Source: an uncultured Gemmatimonadales bacterium
GTDB taxonomy: Bacteria; Gemmatimonadota; Gemmatimonadetes; Gemmatimonadales; GWC2-71-9
Assembly: GCA_963695555.1 (NCBI GenBank)
Contig: CAVOGR010000001.1
Location: 160,001 to 224,000 of the forward strand
DNA: 64,000 nt
Reading direction: 5' to 3'
In this document: positions 11,207-19,681 of the stretch, piece by piece
How positions within the stretch are numbered: position 1 is the first letter of the stretch
Layout of the letters: each line of letters starts with the position of its first letter
The notes under the pieces: model-generated
What the model was told of the DNA's origin: nothing
Database searches by the model: none
What the model saw: the letters and a program-made list of their open reading frames with translations, nothing else
Position numbers and translations under genes: made by a program

Positions 11207-12618
11207 GGCACTCCTCCAGCACGCCATTCCCGGCAGGCATGGCTCGGGAAGATCTTGCCGGGATTGGCGCGTTGGTCGGGGTCGAAGACGCGACGGACGT
11301 CGCACATCGCTGTCATACTCGCCGGATCGAACACCCAGGGCATGTACTGCCGCTTGTCCGCTCCGACGCCGTGCTCCCCAGTGATCGTCCCCCCGGCCGC
11401 CACACATACCGCCATGATCTCCCGACTTGCCGCCTCGACCTTCTCGGCCATGGCGGCATCTCGCCGATCGAAGCTGATGTTGGGATGCAGGTTACCGTCC
11501 CCGGCGTGGAACACATTCGCAATGGTCAAGTTGTGCCGCCTCCCGATGCCGGCAATCGCATCGAGGACCTCGGGCAGCGCGGAGCGCGGAACGACGGCAT
11601 CCTGGACGACGAGGTCTGGGGCAAGCCTGCCCAGGGCCCCGAAGGCCTTCTTGCGGCCCTGCCACAACCGCGCGCGCTGGTCCTCGGTCGAGGCCCCCCG
11701 TACGGTTCGTGCCCGGTTCGCGTGGAGCAGGCGCTCAACGTCGGCGGCCTCACCCTCGACGGATTCATGAGTTCCATCCAACTCCACCAACAAGACGGCG
11801 GCGGCGTCGGTGGGGTATCCGGCGGCGTAGATAGACGCCTCGACGGCTCGTATGCAGGTTTGATCCATCATCTCCAGTGCCGCAGGGAGTACTCCGGAGG
11901 CGATGATTGCCGACACGGCGGTACTGGCATCCCGGATGGTCGTAAAGTCGGCCAGGAATGTGCGAACTGCTAGCGGCAACGGCTCGAGCCTCACCGTCAC
12001 CTCGGTCACGATTCCGAACATCCCCTCACTCCCCACTACCAGGCCCACGAGATCCGGTCCCCAGGGCTCTCCCTGCCGTGATCCGAGTCGCATCGCGGTA
12101 CTGTCGGGCAGGACCAGCTCCAGCGCCACCACATGATTGGTCGTCACGCCGTACTTGAGGCAGTGTGGCCCGCCGGCATTCTCCGCGACGTTCCCGCCGA
12201 TGGTACAGGCGGTCTGGCTTGAAGGGTCCGGCGCATAGTGCAGCCCGAACGCGGCCGCTGCCGCGGAGAGCCGGGCGTTCACCACACCCGGTTCTACGAT
12301 GGCGCGCCGCTGCTCCGGGTGGATGGCGAGGATCCTGGTCAGTCGGGTTAGGGTGATCAGAACCGAGTCTGGTCCGGCCAGCGATCCGCCGGAGAGGCCC
12401 GTACCGGCTCCTCGGGCCACGAACGGCACCTGTGCGAGGTGGAGCAGCCGGACGACTTCGATGACCTCTGCTCGGCTGCCCGGCAGCACCACCAGTCCGG
12501 GCATGGCTTCATGGGTCGGGAGCCCATCGGCTCGGAACGTCGCGCGCTCCGACGGCTGCTGGCGCACCCATTGAGGTCCGACGACGTTGGCGAGCGTCGC
12601 GGCAAGCGTGGCATTCAC
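11203..12618 (-). CDS. glcD: Glycolate oxidase subunit GlcD (FAD-linked oxidase)
   Basis: RGAGTGLSGG, PDPSS, ENAGGPHCLKYG, HAGDGNLHP, GEHGVG. Confidence 0.9.
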   Translation of the reverse strand: MNATLAATLANVVGPQWVRQQPSERATFRADGLPTHEAMPGLVVLPGSRAEVIEVVRLLHLAQVPFVARGAGTGLSGGSLAGPDSVLITLTRLTRILAIHPEQRRAIVEPGVVNARLSAAAAAFGLHYAPDPSSQTACTIGGNVAENAGGPHCLKYGVTTNHVVALELVLPDSTAMRLGSRQGEPWGPDLVGLVVGSEGMFGIVTEVTVRLEPLPLAVRTFLADFTTIRDASTAVSAIIASGVLPAALEMMDQTCIRAVEASIYAAGYPTDAAAVLLVELDGTHESVEGEAADVERLLHANRARTVRGASTEDQRARLWQGRKKAFGALGRLAPDLVVQDAVVPRSALPEVLDAIAGIGRRHNLTIANVFHAGDGNLHPNISFDRRDAAMAEKVEAASREIMAVCVAAGGTITGEHGVGADKRQYMPWVFDPASMTAMCDVRRVFDPDQRANPGKIFPSHACREWRAGGVP

Positions 12619-13313
12619 GGCTGGCTCTGTGCTGGAGGATAGGGGCGAGTGCTGCGGCCGTTGCCCCGCGCCAGGTGATGGACCCGTGCCCGCTCCTTGG
12701 CGTCAGCGGCCTTCGGAAGGAGCCATTGCGTCAACAACTCGATTCGTTCCCCGACGGATCGGGACTCGAGCAGCCGGACCTGGAGGGGCGCTTCAGGATC
12801 GATACTCGCCGCGATTTGAAACGTCAGAGTTCCGGCCTCGTGAGACAGGGCGACCTCGGGTTGCTCGGCGTCCTGCAACACACAGATCGCGTCGACGTAC
12901 GCGTGGAAGAGACGTTCGAGTTCTGTGGCGTCGGGGGGGTGGTTATCGACCGTTCGGTCGTCGAATTCCTCCACAATGGCGACGAGATAGGGGTCGTTGC
13001 ATTCCACATACCGCTCGACCGTAAACCGCTTCTCGCCAACGACCAGGATATTCGAGCGCCCATCGGCCAGAAGGTCGTGGGCCCGAATAGTTGCCGCACA
13101 TCCAACCGTTCCCGGAGGCGGTGCCTCGCGCTCCACCCCTGGTCGGAGAATGCCGAAGGCGGCGTCCGACGCCAGGCAATTCGCGACCAGTTGCCGGTAG
13201 CGCGGTTCGAAGATGTGGAGCGGTAGCGAGGTACCGGGGTAGAGGACGACGGTAAGCGGGAAAAGCGGCAGGCGGACGGGCATACCGGAAGATCTCGGTG
13301 TGGGCTCCGTCAC
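12615..13313 (-). CDS. LON peptidase substrate-binding (N) domain protein
   Basis: LPLFPL...LPLHIFEPRYRQL; no AAA+ or protease domain. Confidence 0.88.
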   Translation of the reverse strand: MTEPTPRSSGMPVRLPLFPLTVVLYPGTSLPLHIFEPRYRQLVANCLASDAAFGILRPGVEREAPPPGTVGCAATIRAHDLLADGRSNILVVGEKRFTVERYVECNDPYLVAIVEEFDDRTVDNHPPDATELERLFHAYVDAICVLQDAEQPEVALSHEAGTLTFQIAASIDPEAPLQVRLLESRSVGERIELLTQWLLPKAADAKERARVHHLARGNGRSTRPYPPAQSQP

Positions 13314-13373
13314 ACAATGTGACCCTCCCAGCCTCGGGCTGGGACCGGTACAGCGCGGAGTTGTGAGTGTGTT

Positions 13374-14267
13374 CTACGTCGTGCCCCAGAATCCTTGCAG
13401 CGACTTGACATCGGGGGATTCGCGTAACTTTTCGAAGGCCCGCTCGCGGATCTGACGAATACGCTCACGGGTGACCCCGAGCAGCGCCCCAATTTTCTCG
13501 AGGGTAAGGGCCTCAGAGCCCTCTTCGAGGCCATAGTAGAGATTGAGGATCTTTCGTTCGCGGGGGGTCAGGTATCGTTCGAAGATTCGGTCGATGAACT
13601 CTCGGGTGAGCCGGGCGTCGGTATTGTCCTCGATCTCACCGCCCTCTGTTCCGGCAAAGCGCTCTCCGAAGGTGCTCGCCGTCTTGTCCGTCCGCTCGAC
13701 CGGTGCATCGAGTGAAAGCTCCGCTGTCGTCATGCGGCGGGCGGTGCGGATGTTCTCGACCGAGTCATTGAGTGCTGTCGCAACCTCTTTGTCGGTCGGC
13801 TCGCGACCGAGCTCCTGAGAGAGGAAGCTCTCCGCTCGCGACATTCGAATGAGTGCTGAATTCTGGTTCAGTGGAATCCGGACGCTCCGCGTCTGCTCGG
13901 CCAGCGCTTTCAGGACCGCTTGACGGACCCACCAGACCGCGTAGGAAATGAACTTCACCCCGTGGTCGGGATCGAACTTCCGGACCGCTTTCAACAACCC
14001 CTCGTTGCCGATCGCCACCAGCTCCCCGAGATCCAGTCCGTGGCCCTGGTACTTCTTCACGTACGAAATCACGAAACGGAGATTGGCCGTCACGAGGCGC
14101 TCCGCCGCCCTCGCGTCCCCCGCCCGCGCCAGGCGCGCCAACCGCTTCTCCTCCTTGGGGTCGGAGATCATCGGAAGCTTCTGGATGTCGTGGAGGTACT
14201 GATCGAAGGCGCTGGTCGGAACGGGTCGAAAGAAGGGGCGAGCCTTCTTCGCGGTCACAGGTGCCAT
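13374..14267 (-). CDS. RNA polymerase sigma-70 factor, RpoD/SigA family (regions 1.2-4, no region 1.1)
   Basis: ANLRFV, GNEGLLKAVRKFD, KFISYAVWWVRQ, TLEKIG...TRERIRQI. Confidence 0.93.
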   Translation of the reverse strand: MAPVTAKKARPFFRPVPTSAFDQYLHDIQKLPMISDPKEEKRLARLARAGDARAAERLVTANLRFVISYVKKYQGHGLDLGELVAIGNEGLLKAVRKFDPDHGVKFISYAVWWVRQAVLKALAEQTRSVRIPLNQNSALIRMSRAESFLSQELGREPTDKEVATALNDSVENIRTARRMTTAELSLDAPVERTDKTASTFGERFAGTEGGEIEDNTDARLTREFIDRIFERYLTPRERKILNLYYGLEEGSEALTLEKIGALLGVTRERIRQIRERAFEKLRESPDVKSLQGFWGTT

Positions 14268-14363
14268 TGCCTACCCCGGGATGCGGAAGCGGTTACGAAC
14301 ACTTTTCAGAATTCTCACGAGGGAACGCAGATCGAACTGGGTCGGCCGCCAATTCGAAGCGCA

Positions 14364-14392
14364 ATAATAGGAAGTTCCGAGAGGGGGGTCAA
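14364..14392 (-). promoter_or_regulatory. Sigma-70 promoter of the sigma factor gene
   Basis: TTGACC-N17-TATTAT on the minus strand, about 100 nt upstream of the ATG. Confidence 0.7.
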
Positions 14393-14403
14393 GCAAGAAA
14401 TGA

Positions 14404-14546
14404 TTTTCCACATCACAATTTGTTGTTCGACAAACGATTATCAGTTTCGTCCACTTATCCACGTCCCCGCGAGCAGGGACTTATCCACGTGCCAGAGCAT
14501 AAACTGTTGTAAGACAACAGAATACGCCAAATTCATATGTGAGTAA
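14404..14546. promoter_or_regulatory. Cluster of DnaA-box-like 9-mers and TGTTGT-N3-ACAA palindromes
   Basis: TTTTCCACA 14404-14412, TTATCCACG 14455-14463 and 14481-14489, TTACTCACA (minus) 14538-14546; palindromic elements at about 14419-14434 and 14504-14520; AT-rich. Confidence 0.6.
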
Positions 14547-14561
14547 AATGGGGAAAGTCGG

Positions 14562-15704
14562 TCAGCTCTCGGGCAGAGTGATCGTGCCGAGTGCCTCTCT
14601 GATCAGACTCACCGACGGCACCTCGATGGTCCATTGGTCGTCGGCGCGATGCATGTGCCCGATCGACTCCGGAAGTGCCAGGCGCGGCACCTCACTTCGC
14701 GACTTCTTGTCTGCCTGCGTTGCTCTGATGACCGCATCGGCGTCCACGGGCATCCGCAACGTGGTCGGCAAATTCATCATGGTGAGCACCTGCTCAACCG
14801 CATCCGCCAGCCCGGCCTGGGCAACTCCCATTGCCTCGGCCAGGCGGCACTCGGCCAGGAGGCCCAAGGCGACCGCTTCGCCATGATCGATCCGGTATCC
14901 GCTTGCGTGCTCCAAACCATGCCCCAGGGTGTGGCCGGCGTTCAGCACGGCCCGTTCGCCAGCCTCCCGCTCATCGCGACTCACGATGGCCGCCTTGAGC
15001 TCGACACTTCGCTTGACTAGTTGAGCGAGCGTTGCGAGGTCACGGGTCCGGATGCGGCCCGCCTCCTTGCCGATCCACTCGAAGTACTCGCGATCGGCCA
15101 CGACACCGTGTTTGACCGCCTCGGCCAGGCCGCTGCGAAACACCGGGTCCGGCAGAGTGAGCAGGGTGCACGGATCCGCCAGTACCGCAGTGGGAGGATG
15201 GAATGCACCGATCAAGTTCTTCCCATGTGGTGTGTTGATTGCCGTCTTGCCTCCCACGGAGGCATCGACCATGGCGACGAGCGTGGTTGGAACCGCGAGC
15301 AATGGAACGCCGCGCATGAAGGTCGCCGCGACGAATCCTGCGAGGTCACCGACCACCCCGCCACCGAGCGCTACGATGGCACTGTCGCGGCCGAAGCCGC
15401 CTTCGAGCAGAGCATCGATGAGCCTGGCCCAGGTCTCGCGCGTCTTGCTGGCTTCTCCCGGCGCGACCGCGAACACGCGTCCCGCAGCGGTCCGATCGCT
15501 CGAGGAATCGGATTCGTATCGCCACGAGTGCTCCGGCGCGGACAACCAGTCGTCGTAATGCCGCTGGACTGTCGTATCGGTGATGATGGCGATGCGGCGA
15601 TTCGGCAGCTGCCTGGTGGTCAGCTCGGTGAGCTGGGCGATGGCGCCTGCGCCGATCTGAACCGGGTATTTGCCGAGGGCATGCCGAACCGTAACGGTCT
15701 GCAC
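14562..15704 (-). CDS. aroB: 3-dehydroquinate synthase
   Basis: GEASK, ALGGGVVGDLAGF, PTTLVAMVDASVGGKT, LNAGHTLGH. Confidence 0.95.
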   Translation of the reverse strand: MQTVTVRHALGKYPVQIGAGAIAQLTELTTRQLPNRRIAIITDTTVQRHYDDWLSAPEHSWRYESDSSSDRTAAGRVFAVAPGEASKTRETWARLIDALLEGGFGRDSAIVALGGGVVGDLAGFVAATFMRGVPLLAVPTTLVAMVDASVGGKTAINTPHGKNLIGAFHPPTAVLADPCTLLTLPDPVFRSGLAEAVKHGVVADREYFEWIGKEAGRIRTRDLATLAQLVKRSVELKAAIVSRDEREAGERAVLNAGHTLGHGLEHASGYRIDHGEAVALGLLAECRLAEAMGVAQAGLADAVEQVLTMMNLPTTLRMPVDADAVIRATQADKKSRSEVPRLALPESIGHMHRADDQWTIEVPSVSLIREALGTITLPES

Positions 15705-15708
15705 GTGG

Positions 15709-16254
15709 CTACCAGGTCGGCTCGTCGAGGCCCGCGCGATGATTGGCCAGGCGCGCGAGCACGAAGAGGGCATCCGACAGCCGGTTCAGGTACTCGAGAA
15801 AGAGCTCCGGAACCGGCGTCTCTTGCGACAACTGAACGATGCTCCGTTCGGCCCGACGGCAGATGGTCCGCGCGAGGTGAAACGCCGCCGCCTTCGGCGT
15901 CCCGGCGGGCAGAATGAAGGCCGTGAGCGGCGGAAGCTCCTCCGTCGCCCGATCGATGGCCGCTTCGAGTTCTTCGACCTGGTCGTGCGACAGGTCTGCC
16001 TTTGCCAGGGCGGCGGCCACCTTCTCGGGGTCGGGCGTCGCCAGGTGGCCTCCGATCGCGAACAGATTCCGCTGGATGGACTCGAGTAACCGGTCCTCTT
16101 CGTTGCGCGGCTCGGTGGCGCGCACGATGCCGAGGGCGGAATTCAGTTCGTCAACGTCGCCGTATGCTCGCACCCGGGGGTGGCTCTTCGGAACGCGGCC
16201 GCCGCCGAACAGACTCGTTTCTCCTCTATCCCCCGTCTTGGTGTAGATCTTCAT
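15709..16254 (-). CDS. pduO: Cob(I)yrinic acid a,c-diamide adenosyltransferase (PduO type)
   Basis: KIYTKTGDRGET, YGDVDELNS, RTICRRAER, YLNRLSD. Confidence 0.93.
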   Translation of the reverse strand: MKIYTKTGDRGETSLFGGGRVPKSHPRVRAYGDVDELNSALGIVRATEPRNEEDRLLESIQRNLFAIGGHLATPDPEKVAAALAKADLSHDQVEELEAAIDRATEELPPLTAFILPAGTPKAAAFHLARTICRRAERSIVQLSQETPVPELFLEYLNRLSDALFVLARLANHRAGLDEPTW

Positions 16255-16259
16255 GCTGA

Positions 16260-17453
16260 TTAGTTGCCCTCTCTCGATGCGTGCTCCCGCCCATCACATG
16301 GCTCGTCCACCCGGGCCGCGGCCACGACCGTGTTGCTGACCGGGGCCAGGACGCCCCACAGCACTGCGTGCTGGTCAGGACGCACCTGCTCCAGCCAGAG
16401 GTAGTCACTACCGCTACCGAATCCGGCGATCGCTTCGAGGCGCCGCCAGTATGCCGGTGGCCAGTCGGCTCCAAGGGCGGCCACCTGTCCCTGATCGAGG
16501 CGCATGGCGGTGGGCCGGAGGACGGTCTGACCTCCCTGGCCGGTGCTGTCCCATGTCATGACGCCTGCGAGCAGGAGCGTGTCGGCGTGCGCCGTGATGC
16601 GCCGGACTCGCAGCGCAACGACGTAGCGGATCTGGCCGGCCACGCCCCAGAAGGGTACGACATCCGCGGCGTCGATGTCAGCCAGGGTATTGACTTCGAG
16701 GTATCGGTCGGTCGGAGCCTGGAGCGGAAGGAGCTCTGGGGCCAACCGGCGTGTAACGGCGTCATCGAACGCGCGCTCGGTTCGCGCAATCAATGAATCG
16801 ATCATTTCCTGACCCGGCATGTGGGTGGCCGGTCGCGCCGCGATTTCCCCATCGGCCAGGTCGCTCCGCGGCTGGGTCTGGAACGATCCAAGTACCGGGC
16901 CTTGGACGGGGGAGGGCCCCTCGCCGCTTGCTTCGCCCACGATGATCTCTATCCGGGCGTGGAGCGGGCCGCAGGAGCTGCCGTGGAGGATGACCGACAC
17001 TGGTTGGACCCGCGTGAGCCCGCCGGCAAACCCGGCCAAGGTTTCCTGCAACCTGGGACCGGTCCGGCCGTCACCGGGGCGGAGCCGGGCGCGGCCGAGC
17101 ACTTGAAGCCGGGACCACACGGACTCTCCGCGACTGAGCGGCTCCCCGTAGCGCCGGTAGAGCGTCGCGATCAGGGCCGTATCGTTGCTCAGTAAATGGA
17201 TCGCGCGGTTCGTACCCTCGCCGACAAAGCTCCCGAGCAGACGGCGATTCGCATCGAGCCGTGCATCGCTGGTGATCGAGATGCTGTCGAGCGCGAACGG
17301 GGTGTCAGCCGCGGTCACTCGGGCACCATGGTCTGCCGCGCGGCATCCTCCGACGGTCACGAGACCGGTCCATAATGCGAGGCGGAGCCTGGGCAGGATG
17401 TGGCTTGCGGAATCGAGGCGGCGACGGGGTCGCCTGCGCGCGTCAAGGGTCAT
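16260..17453 (-). CDS. Hypothetical exported protein or lipoprotein
   Basis: ATGA overlap with the sixA stop; signal-like segment ending VTVGGC; fills the gap in the operon. Confidence 0.7.
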   Translation of the reverse strand: MTLDARRRPRRRLDSASHILPRLRLALWTGLVTVGGCRAADHGARVTAADTPFALDSISITSDARLDANRRLLGSFVGEGTNRAIHLLSNDTALIATLYRRYGEPLSRGESVWSRLQVLGRARLRPGDGRTGPRLQETLAGFAGGLTRVQPVSVILHGSSCGPLHARIEIIVGEASGEGPSPVQGPVLGSFQTQPRSDLADGEIAARPATHMPGQEMIDSLIARTERAFDDAVTRRLAPELLPLQAPTDRYLEVNTLADIDAADVVPFWGVAGQIRYVVALRVRRITAHADTLLLAGVMTWDSTGQGGQTVLRPTAMRLDQGQVAALGADWPPAYWRRLEAIAGFGSGSDYLWLEQVRPDQHAVLWGVLAPVSNTVVAAARVDEPCDGREHASREGN

Positions 17454-17956
17454 TGCGGTTGGGGCAGCATTGGGGGTCGGATGAAGAACCGGAGGCTGCC
17501 TTTGCCGCGCCCGATGTGCGAAGCCTCGATCCCGACGACGCCGCTCTTGGGGAAATCCAGTTCCATGGCTGTCGCCGATCCGGTGAGGAGAGCCGAGGCC
17601 AACTGGCCGAGCCAAGGTTGATGCCCCACGAAGGCGAGCGTCGCGCCTGCCGCGGGTTGCTCAATTACACGCGCGAGAGCCCGGAGGTTGGGACTCCCTG
17701 CGAGCGGCGGACACGGCACGATGGCGGGCCGGGCAGACTTGGGGAACGCATCGGCCAAGAGCTCGGCCGTCTGCATGGCACGCAGCCACGGGCTCGACAA
17801 GATCAGCGTGGGTACGATCCCGCACGTGTGGAGATATCGGCCGACACGTTGCTGCGTCGTGCGTCCCTTCTCCGTGATCGGGCGCATCGTGTCATCGGCG
17901 TAATGAATGGGATCGCGCGTCCCCGCATGGGCGTGGCGAACCAGCATCACCAACAC
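17450..17956 (-). CDS. sixA: Phosphohistidine phosphatase SixA (histidine phosphatase family)
   Basis: LVRHAHA, SSPWLRAMQTA, VGHQP. Confidence 0.85.
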   Translation of the reverse strand: MLVMLVRHAHAGTRDPIHYADDTMRPITEKGRTTQQRVGRYLHTCGIVPTLILSSPWLRAMQTAELLADAFPKSARPAIVPCPPLAGSPNLRALARVIEQPAAGATLAFVGHQPWLGQLASALLTGSATAMELDFPKSGVVGIEASHIGRGKGSLRFFIRPPMLPQPQ

Positions 17957-17959
17957 GGC

Positions 17960-19462
17960 CTACTTCCCCATCTCCACGACGATGCTGTCGATTTGGCGAA
18001 TCATCTCGGAGCCGTTCCGGGTGTGGTTATTGGCGAGAATCGAGAACGCGAGGGTCCGTCCCTTGGGAGTCTCAATGTAGCCCGACAGCGAATTGACCCG
18101 GGAGATACTTCCCGTCTTCGCCCTGACGCGCCCGTCGAGCGGGGTTCCACCGAACCGGTTCTTGAGCGAGCCGCGCGCCCCGGACTGCGGGAGTCCAGCT
18201 GCAAAGGTAGCGTAATGCGGGTGGCGCCGGATATATGCCAGAAGTTGCGCGAGGGCCATCGGCGTGACCACGTTCGAGCTGGCGAGTCCCGAGCCGTCGC
18301 GGAAGCTGAACTGGGTCGAGTCGATTCCCACGGAGTCAATCAAGAAACGCCGCTCGACGTCGAGCCCCTCCCGCCACGACCCGTCGGCGCCAAACTGTTT
18401 CCCAAGCTGTTTGAGCAGCATCTCGGCAAAGAAATTCTGGCTGGTATTCAGAATCGGGAAGATCCAATCCCGTAGCGGGCGTGAGGTAACCTCCGCCAGT
18501 GGTGATCCGAGGCGGGTGCTCTGGTAGAGCACCGAGTCCACCGTGGACTCGGTCGGCCCAGTGACGCTGATGCCCGAGTCTGCCAAAGCCTTCCGGAGCC
18601 CCTGGGCGGCAAAGTAATTGGGATCCGGCAACGCGAAATACTCGGTGCGGCGTCCGCTGTCGAGTGCCAGCGTCCCCTCGGCCCAGAGGTCGAGCGATCC
18701 GGGGCGGCGAAAGAAATCGATGGTCCGCCGTGTTCCGGGCGGACTGGTCGATGTCCGGTTCTCGAGGCTCAGGTCGCCAAAGTCCGGACTGAACGCGATG
18801 ACAACCGGCGCGCCGATGCCGGGCCCCGGTCCGTATTCCAAGTCGATGCTGTTGTCGTTCAGGCTGAGGCCGGAGACCGGAGCGGCATACCACCAATTGA
18901 GGTCGTATCCCTCCCATCCGGGATGGACCAGCGTGGGCTCGAAGTAGCTTCCGTCGCCGACGACCTTGCCGGTGACGGTGCGAATCCCTCGTGCGCGCAA
19001 CTGACCGGCCAGCACCCGAAGTGGCTCGAGCGGGTCCTCCACGCAGGCGCCGGCCGCCGTCGTGTCGACGTCGTAGCAACGGCGACTGAACGTCGGGTCT
19101 CCGCGACCGTACAGCACGAGGTCGCCCCGCAGCTCTCCCTCGACGATCGGACCCGTCGAGTACACGCTCGTCGTGACCGTCCAGTCGGCCGGCAGGAGGG
19201 CCGCCGCCACCGCCGCCACGACCAACTTGGTGTTGCTCGCCGGAACAAAGAGCCGCCCGGCGTTGCGCTCGTACAGGACCCGCCCAGTGATATCCATCAG
19301 GACGACGCCCCAGAGGTTCCGGTCGAAGGGCGGGGCATCGAGCCGCCGGCTGATGCGCGTGGCGAGGTTGCGCTGGGCTTCGAGGCCGGGAGCACCGACG
19401 CCGAGGAGGAAGAGAATGCTCAGGGCGAAAGGGGCCAATCGAGGCCGGATGGCAGTGCGCAT
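17960..19462 (-). CDS. dacB: D-alanyl-D-alanine carboxypeptidase/endopeptidase (PBP4, S13)
   Basis: PASNTK (SxxK), SQN (SxN), DGSGL, AKTG. Confidence 0.93.
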   Translation of the reverse strand: MRTAIRPRLAPFALSILFLLGVGAPGLEAQRNLATRISRRLDAPPFDRNLWGVVLMDITGRVLYERNAGRLFVPASNTKLVVAAVAAALLPADWTVTTSVYSTGPIVEGELRGDLVLYGRGDPTFSRRCYDVDTTAAGACVEDPLEPLRVLAGQLRARGIRTVTGKVVGDGSYFEPTLVHPGWEGYDLNWWYAAPVSGLSLNDNSIDLEYGPGPGIGAPVVIAFSPDFGDLSLENRTSTSPPGTRRTIDFFRRPGSLDLWAEGTLALDSGRRTEYFALPDPNYFAAQGLRKALADSGISVTGPTESTVDSVLYQSTRLGSPLAEVTSRPLRDWIFPILNTSQNFFAEMLLKQLGKQFGADGSWREGLDVERRFLIDSVGIDSTQFSFRDGSGLASSNVVTPMALAQLLAYIRRHPHYATFAAGLPQSGARGSLKNRFGGTPLDGRVRAKTGSISRVNSLSGYIETPKGRTLAFSILANNHTRNGSEMIRQIDSIVVEMGK

Positions 19463-19576
19463 GCGGGGTCCTGACTGATGGGCGCCGGGGGCGGAGCGTC
19501 CCTGGTGGGGCGGAGCGACCCATGCCGGCAAGGGATCTGAAGGCCAAAAACTTGACAGTAGTAGCGTAACGTGATG

Positions 19577-19605
19577 AAGCTAGTGATCTTACATTATGCC
19601 GTCAA
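19577..19605 (-). promoter_or_regulatory. Putative sigma-70 promoter of the dacB operon
   Basis: TTGACG-N17-TAGCTT on the minus strand; a TTGACA at 19552 on the plus strand may serve the divergent tamA. Confidence 0.55.
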
Positions 19606-19681
19606 TTGCAGGTCGTGCCGTCTGCTTCGGGGGGCCTGGCAACTGGAGACCGGGGTCGCATCAAGTGGATGATTCTCTGAC

